Shown here piece by piece: positions 19,549 to 29,238 of a stretch of 64,000 nucleotides of DNA. The first letter of the stretch is position 1. Every line of letters begins with the position of its first letter. Source of the DNA: an uncultured Candidatus Binatia bacterium (GTDB lineage: Bacteria; Desulfobacterota; Binatia; Bin18); contig OZ243961.1 in the NCBI GenBank assembly GCA_965214605.1, positions 416,001 to 480,000 on the forward strand, written 5' to 3'. The position numbers and the translations under genes are program-made. The notes under the pieces were generated by a model. The model searched no databases. It had not been told where the DNA came from and was given only the letters and a program-made list of their open reading frames with translations.

Positions 19549-20964
19549 ATGCAAGATACGACTAGCAATTTCCACTCTCCCCCCTCATCCCTAGCGAGTC
19601 AGCAAGCCTCAAACGGCAGACCTCGCTTTCGCGTCTATACCGAATCAAGCCTCGACCAAATTCCGCACTTGGCCCGGCTGTCTGCGACCGAGCGCTTTGA
19701 TATGCAGGTAGTCGCCAACGTATTACCCTTTCGGGTCAACCCCTACGTGCTTGATCAGTTGATCGACTGGGACAATATCCCGGCCGACCCAATTTTCCAG
19801 CTGACCTTTCCCCAGACCGGCATGCTGGACCCCAAAGATTTTGAGCGAATGGCGGACCTGATGAAACGCAACGCCGACCGCAAGCTGCTCAAAGCTACGG
19901 CGGACAAAATTCGCCTAGGCCTGAACCCCCATCCGGCCGGGCAACAAGCCCTCAACGTCCCCACGCTTGACGGCCAGCCGGTGTCCGGTATGCAGCATAA
20001 ATACCGCGAGACCGTCCTGTTTTTCCCCACCCAGGGCCAGACCTGCCACGCCTACTGTACCTTCTGTTTTCGGTGGGCCCAGTTTGTCGGCATCCAGGAC
20101 CTGAAGTTTGCCTCGACCGACGCCGCCCAACTCCACGCCTATCTCGCCGCCCATCCCCAGGTGAGCGATATTTTATTCACCGGTGGCGATCCGCTTGTCA
20201 TGAAGACGCACCATTTGGCCACCTATCTGCTGCCCCTACTGCAAGACGAGTATAGCCATGTGCAGACGATCCGCATCGGCAGCAAAGCCCTCAGCTATTG
20301 GCCCTACCGCTTCACCACCGACCCGGATGCAGAGGCCTTGCTAGAGCTATGCGAGCGGCTCGTCCGGGGCGGAAAACATGTGGCGCTGATGGCCCACTAT
20401 AATCACTGGCGCGAGCTCGAAACCCCGGTTGCCCAAGACGCTATTCGCCGAGTCCGTAACACCGGGGCTATCATTCGCGGTCAAGGTCCACTGATCGCTC
20501 ACATTAATGACGATGCCGAGGTCTGGACCCGCCTGTGGCGTAAGGAGGTACAGCTCGGGATCGTGCCTTATTATATGTTTGTCGAACGCGACACAGGTGC
20601 CCGACGCTATTTTGAGGTCCCGCTCGCCGAGGCATGGGATATTTACCGGCGGGCCCTAGGCCAGGTGTCGGGTTTGAGCCGGACGGCGCGCGGCCCGTCG
20701 ATGAGCGCCGGACCCGGAAAAGTCGAAATACAGGGGGTCACAGAGGTCGCTGGAGAAAAAGTCTTTGTGCTGCGTTTCATTCAGGGCCGTAATCCGGACT
20801 GGGTCCAACGGCCGTTCTTTGCCCGCTTTGATCCCCGCGCCACCTGGCTTGACCACCTCAAGCCTGCCTTTGGCGCTGAGCGTTTCTTCTTTGAAGAGGA
20901 GTACGCGTCAATGGCAGCGGGCCGTCTGCCCACAGTGACCAGGGCAGCCGCGCTGGACAGCTAA
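19549..20964 (+). CDS. KamA family radical SAM protein (lysine 2,3-aminomutase-like)
   Basis: QHKYRETVL, CHAYCTFCFR (CxxxCxxC), FTGGDP, PYYMF. Confidence 0.88.
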   Translation: MQDTTSNFHSPPSSLASQQASNGRPRFRVYTESSLDQIPHLARLSATERFDMQVVANVLPFRVNPYVLDQLIDWDNIPADPIFQLTFPQTGMLDPKDFERMADLMKRNADRKLLKATADKIRLGLNPHPAGQQALNVPTLDGQPVSGMQHKYRETVLFFPTQGQTCHAYCTFCFRWAQFVGIQDLKFASTDAAQLHAYLAAHPQVSDILFTGGDPLVMKTHHLATYLLPLLQDEYSHVQTIRIGSKALSYWPYRFTTDPDAEALLELCERLVRGGKHVALMAHYNHWRELETPVAQDAIRRVRNTGAIIRGQGPLIAHINDDAEVWTRLWRKEVQLGIVPYYMFVERDTGARRYFEVPLAEAWDIYRRALGQVSGLSRTARGPSMSAGPGKVEIQGVTEVAGEKVFVLRFIQGRNPDWVQRPFFARFDPRATWLDHLKPAFGAERFFFEEEYASMAAGRLPTVTRAAALDS

Positions 20965-20980
20965 ACCCGGTTGCCAGCCT

Positions 20981-21568
20981 ATGCCGGCCGATTTTTCGGC
21001 TCCCCCACCGACCTGGGTACAGATTTTTGGTAATAGTAATCCGGTTGAAGTCGAGATCGGCCCGGGTCACGGCTCGTTTTTAACGGCCCTGGCCCGCAAT
21101 CATCCAGAACGAAATTTCTTTGGCGTAGAGTTTGCCGCCCGGCGCGCGTTTCGCGCCGCGCGCCTGCTGAAGCAAGACGGACCACCGAACGTCATTATTG
21201 TCCGAGCCGACTTTGGTTGTCTGCTCAGAACCCATATTCATCCCGAGTCGGTTCAAGTTTATCATTTCTATTTTCCAGATCCGTGGTGGAAAAAACGCCA
21301 CCGCCGACGCCGGATTGCCCAGGCAGACTTTCCCACGGCCCTGACCCACACTCTGGTGCCTGGCGGGACGGTGCTGTTTGCTTCAGACGTGCGGCCGTAT
21401 TTTGAACAGATTGTCGAGCAGTTCCAGCGGGTGCCCGAACTCGGCCGGTTTGCTTGGCAGCGTGATCAGCTCACACACAGAGGGAAACTGATTGCGACCG
21501 ACTTTGAACGCAAGTATCAACGCCAGGGGCGGCCGATCTATTACGCCGGTTTTCGGAAGAAGCGATAG
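20981..21568 (+). CDS. trmB: tRNA (guanine-46-N7)-methyltransferase
   Basis: VEIGPGHG, FPDPWWKKRH, TDFERKY. Confidence 0.9.
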   Translation: MPADFSAPPPTWVQIFGNSNPVEVEIGPGHGSFLTALARNHPERNFFGVEFAARRAFRAARLLKQDGPPNVIIVRADFGCLLRTHIHPESVQVYHFYFPDPWWKKRHRRRRIAQADFPTALTHTLVPGGTVLFASDVRPYFEQIVEQFQRVPELGRFAWQRDQLTHRGKLIATDFERKYQRQGRPIYYAGFRKKR

Positions 21569-21582
21569 ACACAGCGGCGTTC

Positions 21583-23430
21583 TTATCCCACCACGCTCTT
21601 GACCTGCTCCACAATTCGTCCAGCACTGATCCCAAATGCGTCTAACAGCTCGGCAGGCTTGCCCGAGCGTGGGACCTGGGTGACCGCCATTTTGTGGACC
21701 TGGATACCGTGGGTTGCTACCGCGTTCAACACCGCATCCCCCAGCCCACCGTCGTAGTAGTGGTCTTCAACCACAATCAGGCTGTTGTGGGTGTCCCGAG
21801 CGGCGTTCACAATTCCTTGCGCATCGATCGGCTTGACCGAATAAGCGTCCAGGACGCGGATATTGATACCCACAGCCTGCAAGGCGTCGGCTGCCGACAG
21901 GGCTTCGTGCAGGGTGACGCCGGCCGCTACCACAGTCAGCCGATCCTGTTCACTTGAACGCATCACTTTGCTACCGCCAATCGGAAACGCTTCGCTGTTG
22001 GCATACAGCACCGGAGTCGCCGGTCGAGAGGTGCGAATATAGGTCGTCCCTTTGAGCTCAGCCGCGACCGCCACCAATCGCTCGGACGATACGGCATCGG
22101 AAGGATAGAGAACGGTTGCATTCGGAATTGCCCGCATCATTGCCAGGTCTTCCAAGCCCATCTGTGATGGTCCATCTTCGCCGATCGACACCCCACAGTG
22201 CGAACCAGCGTAGTTGATGGTAACACCCGAGATGGCGGCCATCCGAATATGGTCAAAGGCGCGGGTCAGAAAAGCGGCAAAGGTTGACACAAACGGAATG
22301 TTGCCACACACGGCTAGTCCCACCGCGGCACCGACCATATTTTGCTCAGCAATATAGCTCTCAAAGTAACGCTCCGGATGTGCCTCCAGAAAGCGCTCGG
22401 CAAAGGTTGAGTTCTTGGTATCACCGTCAAGGGCAACGACGAGAGGATTGACCCCGCCTAGCTTGGCCAGGGCTGTGCCATATGCTGCGCGGGTGGCAAC
22501 TTTTTCACCGGTCTCATAGCTCGGGGGGGGAAATTCGCCGGTCACCACAGTTGGTCTCATCGCCAAGGTTGCAGTCGGACGGCGAATCGTCGGCAGAGCG
22601 CCATTGGTAGGCACACGAATTTCTTGTAAGGCCTGATTGAGCTGCTCCCCTTTTTTGAGCGGCTTACCGTGCAAGCCGTCTTTATCTTCGAGAAACGATA
22701 CCCCCTTGCCCTTGTGGGTCTTGGCTACGAGCATCACCGGCCGGTCTGTCACATTTTGCGCTTGGGACAGCGCCGTCAGAATAGCGTCGAGGTCATGGCC
22801 ATCGACCACAAAGGTCTGCCAGCCAAAGGCGGTGAAGCGTTGTCGGTACGCGTCTACGTCAAACTCACACATAGTCCGCTGGCTCTGGCCAATACCGTTG
22901 ACATCAATAATCCCGATCAGGTTATCGAGCCCATAGTGGCTGGCCATCGCAGCCGCTTCCCATACCCCCCCTTCGGCGACCTCGCCATCACCCATCAGGA
23001 CGTATACGCGATAATCGAGCCGGTCGATGTATTTGGCACTCAGCGCCATCCCAACGCCGACCGACAGCCCCTGGCCGAGTGAACCCGTGGCGGCTCCGAC
23101 CCACGGAATACGCGGCGTTGGATGGCCCTCAAGGTCGCTCGATATTTTGCGTAAATCCATCAGCTGATCGACCGGCAGGGCACCGGCTTCGGCTAGCGAT
23201 GCGTACAGCACCGGAGCGGCGTGGCCTTTTGACAGCACGAAGCGGTCGTTGGCTGGATTGCTCGGATCTTGAGGATCAAAACGCATGGCCCGAAAGAACA
23301 CCGCAGCCATCAGTTCAGCAGCCGACAGGCACGAGGTCGGATGGCCGGATCCGGCCTCTGCGGTCGAACGGAGGGCATGAATACGCAACTTCTGGGCTAC
23401 GGCTTGGAGTGCGGCAAGATCTCGATTCAC
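21583..23430 (-). CDS. tkt: Transketolase
   Basis: GSGHPTS, LSKGHAAP, TGSLGQG, GDGE, IAEQNMV, GEDGPSQ. Likely GTG start at 23430 after a GAGGAG SD. Confidence 0.93.
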   Translation of the reverse strand: MNRDLAALQAVAQKLRIHALRSTAEAGSGHPTSCLSAAELMAAVFFRAMRFDPQDPSNPANDRFVLSKGHAAPVLYASLAEAGALPVDQLMDLRKISSDLEGHPTPRIPWVGAATGSLGQGLSVGVGMALSAKYIDRLDYRVYVLMGDGEVAEGGVWEAAAMASHYGLDNLIGIIDVNGIGQSQRTMCEFDVDAYRQRFTAFGWQTFVVDGHDLDAILTALSQAQNVTDRPVMLVAKTHKGKGVSFLEDKDGLHGKPLKKGEQLNQALQEIRVPTNGALPTIRRPTATLAMRPTVVTGEFPPPSYETGEKVATRAAYGTALAKLGGVNPLVVALDGDTKNSTFAERFLEAHPERYFESYIAEQNMVGAAVGLAVCGNIPFVSTFAAFLTRAFDHIRMAAISGVTINYAGSHCGVSIGEDGPSQMGLEDLAMMRAIPNATVLYPSDAVSSERLVAVAAELKGTTYIRTSRPATPVLYANSEAFPIGGSKVMRSSEQDRLTVVAAGVTLHEALSAADALQAVGINIRVLDAYSVKPIDAQGIVNAARDTHNSLIVVEDHYYDGGLGDAVLNAVATHGIQVHKMAVTQVPRSGKPAELLDAFGISAGRIVEQVKSVVG

Positions 23431-23443
23431 GATCGGCTTCTCC

Positions 23444-23734
23444 TCAGCAGCGGTGCGAACGCTGGCCGGCGAAGAGGGCGACACCCCCTCCGCCAGCCAG
23501 CGGAGGGAAAATGCTCAGCTCCTGCCCGTCGGAGAGCGGAGTTTCCGGCTCAATATAAATGTCCCCGACGACCAGAAGTCCCGCTTGTTCACGCGGTATG
23601 TGCAAGGCTTCGACAACGTCTTGGACGACGGAGCCGGTCGGTAACGTCAAGCGAACCGACGCACTATGTCCGGCCGGGAGGTACTTTTTGAGCGCGGCAA
23701 AGAGCTTAACGGAAATGCATATCGTGTCAGCCAT
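23444..23734 (-). CDS. MoaD/ThiS family sulfur carrier with C-terminal extension
   Basis: VKLFAALKKY...LSDGQELSIFPPLAGG followed by GGVALFAGQRSHRC. Confidence 0.82.
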   Translation of the reverse strand: MADTICISVKLFAALKKYLPAGHSASVRLTLPTGSVVQDVVEALHIPREQAGLLVVGDIYIEPETPLSDGQELSIFPPLAGGGGVALFAGQRSHRC

Positions 23735-23768
23735 CCTGAAGGCCTTGCCGCTCGTCTTCCTAAGGTGC

Positions 23769-24947
23769 TCAGGCCGCGTTGGCCGTCCGCAGTCCACAGA
23801 ACTCCTCGTAGTCGATGAGTTCGGTAATCTTTGGGTTTTCACTACACACCAAGCAGTGTGGGTCCCGCCGCAGCTTTAACACCCGAATTTCAGTGCTGAG
23901 CGTATCAAAGTGAATCATACGGCCAATCAGCGGAGTGCCAGCCCCTAAAATCACCTTAATGGCCTCAAGTGCCTGGACACAGCCGACGAGGCCCGGCAAC
24001 ACGCCCAACACACCGGCTTCGGCGCAGCTGGGGGCCACACCCGGTGGCGGCGGTTCGGGGAAGAGACAGCGATAGCACGGCCCCTCCTCCGGCGAGATGA
24101 CCGTGGCTTGGCCCTCAAACTGGAAGATTGACCCGTCAACGAGTATTTTTTTAGCCATGACACACGCGTCATTGATCAGGTAACGGGTTGGGAAATTATC
24201 GCAGCCGTTGACCACTACGTCGTAATTTTCGAGAATCCGCATCACATTCTCAGACGATAGACGTTCCTGGATGGGAATGACGTTGACATCTGGATTGAGC
24301 GCTTCCAGGGTCATCTGGGCCGACTCCACCTTGGGCATGCCCACGCGGTCGTTGGTATGCAAAATCTGACGTTGGAGATTGCTCATATCGACCGTATCGT
24401 GATCGGCAATCCCGATCGTACCAACCCCAGCCGCGGCTAGATAGTAGGCCACCGGTGAGCCTAAGCCACCCGCGCCAACACACAAGACCCTGGCGTCAAG
24501 GAGTTTGGCCTGCCCCTGCTCACCCACATCGGGCAGGGTAAAGTGGCGGGCGTAACGGGTAATCTGCTCCTGGGAAAACTGGCGGTCAGCCACCCACTTG
24601 TAGCCCGCATTTTTCCAGGCGGTATAGCCGCCAGCCATGGAGCTCACGTTCTCATACCCCAACTCTTTCATCGTCCGGGCGGCGATCAACGAACGGACGC
24701 CTCCCGCGCAATAGGCGATGACCGGCTGCGTTTTGTCGGGCAGCGTCTCCTCAACCCGCATTTCCAGAAATCCACGCGGTAGCGGAATCGCCCCTTCGAG
24801 ATGCCCCTCGCGGTACTCCTCACGTTCCCGGACATCTAAAACCGTACACTGTTCCTGCTGCTCAATCCGCTCCTTGACCTCGTCAATCGTCAACTCGGGA
24901 ATGGTCTGACGAGCCTCATCCATTAATTCCTTATACGTCTTGGCCAT
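23769..24947 (-). CDS. moeB: MoeB/MoeZ adenylyltransferase with N-terminal rhodanese domain
   Basis: LDVRE..YCAGGVRS (rhodanese); RYARH, VGAGGLGS, SNLQRQ, PCYRC. Confidence 0.93.
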   Translation of the reverse strand: MAKTYKELMDEARQTIPELTIDEVKERIEQQEQCTVLDVREREEYREGHLEGAIPLPRGFLEMRVEETLPDKTQPVIAYCAGGVRSLIAARTMKELGYENVSSMAGGYTAWKNAGYKWVADRQFSQEQITRYARHFTLPDVGEQGQAKLLDARVLCVGAGGLGSPVAYYLAAAGVGTIGIADHDTVDMSNLQRQILHTNDRVGMPKVESAQMTLEALNPDVNVIPIQERLSSENVMRILENYDVVVNGCDNFPTRYLINDACVMAKKILVDGSIFQFEGQATVISPEEGPCYRCLFPEPPPPGVAPSCAEAGVLGVLPGLVGCVQALEAIKVILGAGTPLIGRMIHFDTLSTEIRVLKLRRDPHCLVCSENPKITELIDYEEFCGLRTANAA

Positions 24948-24980
24948 ACGTCCTCTCTTGCCTAGCTGGGCCACCTGTCC

Positions 24981-25565
24981 CTATGACCTCTGCCTGTCGG
25001 CGTCTTGGTAACTTTCCAACATCTGGACCATCAGCGAATCACGCCCGCCCTGAGCCAGCGCTCGGGAGCGTTGCATCAGGACCTCTTTGCTCTCAATAAA
25101 ATCCTGGCGGGCATAGCCCCAAATTCGGGGATGCACATAGGTATCCATACGAATCGCGTCACACGGACATGCTTCGACACACATGCCACAATAAATACAC
25201 CGCAGAGTATCGATCTCGTAGCGCACGGGAAATTTTTCGACCTGTGGATCGGGGTGTTCACCGGCCTCGATGTGGATGCAGTTGGCCGGACAGGCGGTGG
25301 CACACAAGAAGCACGAGGTACAGCGTACCGAACCGTCGTCTTTGAGGGTCAGGCGGTGGCTCCCCCGGTAGACGTCGGGATAGCGCCGGCGCTCCTCAGG
25401 ATACTGGATCGTATAGGCCGCACGTTTGTGTTTGGCCAGTCCGACCGTGTGCAGGGTATGCAGGACCAAGTTCCGCCAAAAATGAGAGGTGGTCACCAGC
25501 AAGCCCCGCATGAGTTCCGGGAGGTATAAACGCTCCCACCATGTCATGTCTTCTTTGCGTTTCAT
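24981..25565 (-). CDS. nuoI: NADH-quinone oxidoreductase subunit I, stand-alone copy
   Basis: TIQYPEE, RGSHRL, CTSCFLCATACP, CIYCGMCVEACP. Confidence 0.85.
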   Translation of the reverse strand: MKRKEDMTWWERLYLPELMRGLLVTTSHFWRNLVLHTLHTVGLAKHKRAAYTIQYPEERRRYPDVYRGSHRLTLKDDGSVRCTSCFLCATACPANCIHIEAGEHPDPQVEKFPVRYEIDTLRCIYCGMCVEACPCDAIRMDTYVHPRIWGYARQDFIESKEVLMQRSRALAQGGRDSLMVQMLESYQDADRQRS

Positions 25566-25633
25566 AGCACCCCCGCCTAGACTTCACTATTATGAGGTGG
25601 CCGATCTTTGTCAAGGCAGTGCGGACCAGGAGG

Positions 25634-26281
25634 TTAGTGCATCCGCGGCTTGTTGCTTGTAGGTTTACCCAGACCGGCTTCGGTCAATTTAAAATCGAGG
25701 ATATCCCGCAAACAGCGGGCCCGTTCGACCAGCCCGGTGGCTTCAATCAAGCTCTGTTTCTCAATCGGCTGGAGCCCTAGATGAAACGAGAAAAAATTCA
25801 CAAAGAGCGTGTCCTCAATCGAAGGATCGGCCAAAAATTTTTCGACATTGGCACTCTCGGGCAGATACCGCCTGAGCAAATCCCCCAGTTCCTGGCGCTG
25901 CTGCTGGCCAAGCGTGGCTTTTTCGAGCGGCCGCCACTTTACCCGTGCCTGGCGGTAGGCTTTGGTGAGGATTTCCTCCTGCACCTCATATTCACACAGC
26001 CCCTGGAGCAGGATATTGGAGCGTCCGTCCGGCTGAGAAACCATACGCACCATCTCCCCTCCACAACCGACCGCATAGATCGGCGGATTGCCCTCGTAGT
26101 CCGCCCGCCAGTCCTCCCCGCGCAGCAGCGACATCCCGATTAAGGACGGAGAGCTCTCGTTCGCGTCTCGCACCATGGCGCGGTAGCGTGGCTCAAAAAT
26201 GTGCAGCGGCAGCTGGACACCGGGGAACAGCACGACGTTGGGCAACGGAAACACTGGAATGATATCCGGCAAATCTGACAT
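25634..26281 (-). CDS. Lon protease N-terminal (substrate-binding) domain protein
   Basis: IPVFPLPNVVLFPG..PLHIFEPRYRAM. Confidence 0.9.
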   Translation of the reverse strand: MSDLPDIIPVFPLPNVVLFPGVQLPLHIFEPRYRAMVRDANESSPSLIGMSLLRGEDWRADYEGNPPIYAVGCGGEMVRMVSQPDGRSNILLQGLCEYEVQEEILTKAYRQARVKWRPLEKATLGQQQRQELGDLLRRYLPESANVEKFLADPSIEDTLFVNFFSFHLGLQPIEKQSLIEATGLVERARCLRDILDFKLTEAGLGKPTSNKPRMH

Positions 26282-26283
26282 AA

Positions 26284-26973
26284 CTAGAGCCTCTTTATTT
26301 GGCCAGCTGAGCGCCTCGCCCCGTCCCCACTCGGTCGGTTTGGTCTGCCCTGTGCCCCTGACACCAGTTCATGTTGGAGTTTTTGGACAGACGCGCGTTG
26401 TTTGAGGCGATCTATCCACGCCGCGACGTTCTTCAGAGTGTCAGGAATTTCCACTCCAAGGGACGCCAACACCAACAGACGCGGGACAAACGCGGCATCG
26501 GCCAGAGAAAAGTCTTGGACTAAATACTCCTTGCCCTCCAAATGATGGTTGAGGAACTCCAATATCCGAACTAGCTCTGTCCGGTAGTGCTGAATCCGCT
26601 CTTCGTCGAGCTGATCGGTTGGCTTCGCCAGCTCAGCGGCCAGCATAGTACTCTGGGGGGTAAAGGAGTTATCGGCAAAATCTTCAAACAGACGCACCCG
26701 GGCCCGCCCGTCGGATTCGGTAGGCATGAGGGGTGGGTGCGGATATTCGTCGTCCAAATACTCGTTAATGATCGTCGAATCGTAGATCACCTCTTCTTCG
26801 TCGATCAGGACCGGGACTTTGCCGTACGGATTAAGCCGCAGAAAATCTGCGCTGCGCTGTGCGTTTTTTATCAAATCCACAAAGACCGTCTCGTACGAGA
26901 GATCCTTTTCTGCCAGAACTAGTTTGACCTTCTGACAGTTCGGGCTCTGTGGAAAATCGTACAGCTTTATCAT
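26284..26973 (-). CDS. Glutathione S-transferase family protein
   Basis: SPNCQKV, LNPYGKVPVL, DSTIINEYL, FSLAD; start MIKLYD at 26973 with GAGGAG SD. Confidence 0.9.
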   Translation of the reverse strand: MIKLYDFPQSPNCQKVKLVLAEKDLSYETVFVDLIKNAQRSADFLRLNPYGKVPVLIDEEEVIYDSTIINEYLDDEYPHPPLMPTESDGRARVRLFEDFADNSFTPQSTMLAAELAKPTDQLDEERIQHYRTELVRILEFLNHHLEGKEYLVQDFSLADAAFVPRLLVLASLGVEIPDTLKNVAAWIDRLKQRASVQKLQHELVSGAQGRPNRPSGDGARRSAGQIKRL

Positions 26974-27000
26974 GCCTATTCTCCTCTCTCGTAGCGTGCT

Positions 27001-27029
27001 AGTGTAGAAGAAAACACGGGGACTGGCAA
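27001..27029 (-). promoter_or_regulatory. sigma70-type promoter upstream of the GST gene
   Basis: Minus strand TTGCCA-N17-TACACT, about 27 nt upstream of the start codon. Confidence 0.55.
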
Positions 27030-27124
27030 TGTAAAGAAGCGGCTTGGCAACGTTTTTTATGAACGGCATTGCCTGCATCTGCGGTCCTGACCGCAAGTGT
27101 CCCCGCTCTTCCGGTCCAACACGT

Positions 27125-27973
27125 ATGCCACGCTTCACGTCTCAGCTTGCCGGCCTCAGCGTCGGCGATACCGCTCCGGTCCGTGTGATGGGGGTTCTGA
27201 ACGTCAGTCCGGAATCCTTTTACGGAGGATCGGTGCACACTCGCCTCGACCACCTCATTCAGGCTGCCGAAAAGCAGGTAAGCGAGGGAGCAGATATCAT
27301 TGACCTTGGGGCGATGTCCACTGCCCCCTATCGGAAAACACACATTTCTGAGTCCGAAGAGACAGATCGTTTAGCTCCGGCCATTGAGGCCCTGGCCTCA
27401 CGGCTAGACGTGCCCCTGTCTGCCGACACCAAACGGGCCGCTGTCGCTCGGGCAGCCTTAACCGCCGGAGCTCTGCTTATCAATGATGTCAGCGGCCTCA
27501 AAAATGATCCGGCGATGGCCACGTGTGTTGCCGGAGCTGGAGTTGGCGTTATCGTTACGGCCAGCGAGGTTTCACCCGGTCGAGGTTCACCCCTCAGCCG
27601 GATTCGCGCGGCGCTTGACGAGAGTCTCGCTCTCGCCCAGCAGGCAGGTATTCCCACAACCCGTATTGTGCTTGATCCGGGGATTGGATTTTTTCGTCAG
27701 CCCGAAATTGCGTGGCACGAGTGGGACTGCACGGTGCTCCGAGAGCTTGACCAGCTGCGCTCCTTTGGCCTCCCGCTGCTCGTCGGTGTCTCGCGCAAGT
27801 CCTTTATTGGGACTATCACGGGCCAATCCGAGGCCGCCGGTCGTCTAGCCGGTTCTCTAGTCTGTGCCGGAATTGCCGTCTACAATGGGGCGCATATTAT
27901 TCGGACCCACGATGTCAAAGAAACTTGGCAGGCGGTCAGAATGGCGGAGCGCTTGCGCCTCACTTTTGCTTAG
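27125..27973 (+). CDS. folP: Dihydropteroate synthase
   Basis: VMGVLNVSPESF, GADIIDLG, LINDVSG, DPGIGF, GVSRKS, IRTHDV. Confidence 0.92.
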   Translation: MPRFTSQLAGLSVGDTAPVRVMGVLNVSPESFYGGSVHTRLDHLIQAAEKQVSEGADIIDLGAMSTAPYRKTHISESEETDRLAPAIEALASRLDVPLSADTKRAAVARAALTAGALLINDVSGLKNDPAMATCVAGAGVGVIVTASEVSPGRGSPLSRIRAALDESLALAQQAGIPTTRIVLDPGIGFFRQPEIAWHEWDCTVLRELDQLRSFGLPLLVGVSRKSFIGTITGQSEAAGRLAGSLVCAGIAVYNGAHIIRTHDVKETWQAVRMAERLRLTFA

Positions 27974-28620
27974 CCCTCAAGTATCGTTAACAAATCTTCG
28001 GCCGAGTGAACCACAAACTCGGGGGTGTATTCGGCCAGCCCCTCGGCCCCGAATCCCCACCCGACCCCACAGATCGCAATTCCAGCTGCTCGGCCCGTTT
28101 GCATATCGATCGACGAGTCCCCAATCAGCAGGGTCCGGCCCAAGGGCACCTCGGTGACTCGCTGTAAATACCACACCCCGGACGGATCGGGTTTTGTGCT
28201 CAGCAGCGTATCCCCGCCAACTAGGGCGGTAAAAAAAGGAAGGAGGCCCAGGCCGGACAGAAGTCCTCGGCTGGCTGCTTCGGGCTTATTGGTGAGCACC
28301 GACAAGACAATGTCACAGGCCTGGACAGTGGTCAAAACCCGAGGGATACCGGGATAGACAACCGACTGATCGATCAGGTGTTGGGCGTAGGAGTGCATAA
28401 AGACCGCAAAGCCGGCCGCAGCCAAATGGGCGTGCTCAGGTCCTAAGACCCGCTCAACCAACACGTGCGCCCCCTGCCCGATATGGGCGCTCACCTGGTC
28501 AACAGACTGGGGAGGCAGACCAAAAGACTTCAGCATGACATTTGCCGCTGCGGCCAAATCTGCCCGGGTATCGACTAGGGTCCCGTCAAGATCAAAAATC
28601 AGATGTTGAAACCGGGCCAT
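27970..28620 (-). CDS. HAD family phosphatase (phosphoglycolate phosphatase-like)
   Basis: FDLDGTLVD, LTNKP, KPDP, IGDSSID. Confidence 0.9.
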   Translation of the reverse strand: MARFQHLIFDLDGTLVDTRADLAAAANVMLKSFGLPPQSVDQVSAHIGQGAHVLVERVLGPEHAHLAAAGFAVFMHSYAQHLIDQSVVYPGIPRVLTTVQACDIVLSVLTNKPEAASRGLLSGLGLLPFFTALVGGDTLLSTKPDPSGVWYLQRVTEVPLGRTLLIGDSSIDMQTGRAAGIAICGVGWGFGAEGLAEYTPEFVVHSAEDLLTILEG

Positions 28621-28727
28621 CACAATAAAAAAGGGCACGGAAATTCTTTCCATGCCCCTCAAAGCGGTCGCTTTCCCTCTTGTTCTTGGGAGGACAGGAT
28701 CAACCACCTTGGTGTCACAACCAAGCC

Positions 28728-29129
28728 TTAACTGCTCTCAGCCTCATCTACCGCAAACGAGGTTCCACAGCCACAGGTGCGCACCGCATTAGGGTTCACA
28801 AACCGAAAACCCGCCCCGCTCAGCCCATCCTGATAGTCAAGCATAGTACCGTGAACGTACTGCCGACTAATCGGATCAACAAACAGCTTGACGCCATCCT
28901 GCTCGACAACGGTATCATCCTCACGGGCGCTGGTATCAAGATTGAGGCTATACGAGAAACCCGAACAGCCGCCACCAACGATGGCCACACGTAGCCCCCC
29001 TTCGTTCATGCCATCTTTTGTCATTGCCTCTTTGATTTTTTGGGCCGCCTGTTTGGTCATAGAGAGTACGGGGCCATTGCTCATATCGGGCAACTGATCG
29101 CCGGCACGCGGTAATACTTCGTTTGCCAT
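28728..29129 (-). CDS. Iron-sulfur cluster assembly accessory protein (IscA/HesB)
   Basis: GGGCSGFSY, NPNAVRTCGCGTSF. Confidence 0.93.
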   Translation of the reverse strand: MANEVLPRAGDQLPDMSNGPVLSMTKQAAQKIKEAMTKDGMNEGGLRVAIVGGGCSGFSYSLNLDTSAREDDTVVEQDGVKLFVDPISRQYVHGTMLDYQDGLSGAGFRFVNPNAVRTCGCGTSFAVDEAESS

Positions 29130-29238
29130 ACATCCTCCAAATCGGTCTTAATTTCCTCGTCATTCAAGATACGGATTCACGATATATGAGTCAATCAGGC
29201 GCTCTTCTGCTGTGGATTTTGTCGTGCTACACCGAAGT

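Noticed and set aside
25587-25614. TTGACA/CATAAT promoter upstream of nuoI
   Set aside because: Spacer is only 14 nt for the best -10; not convincing
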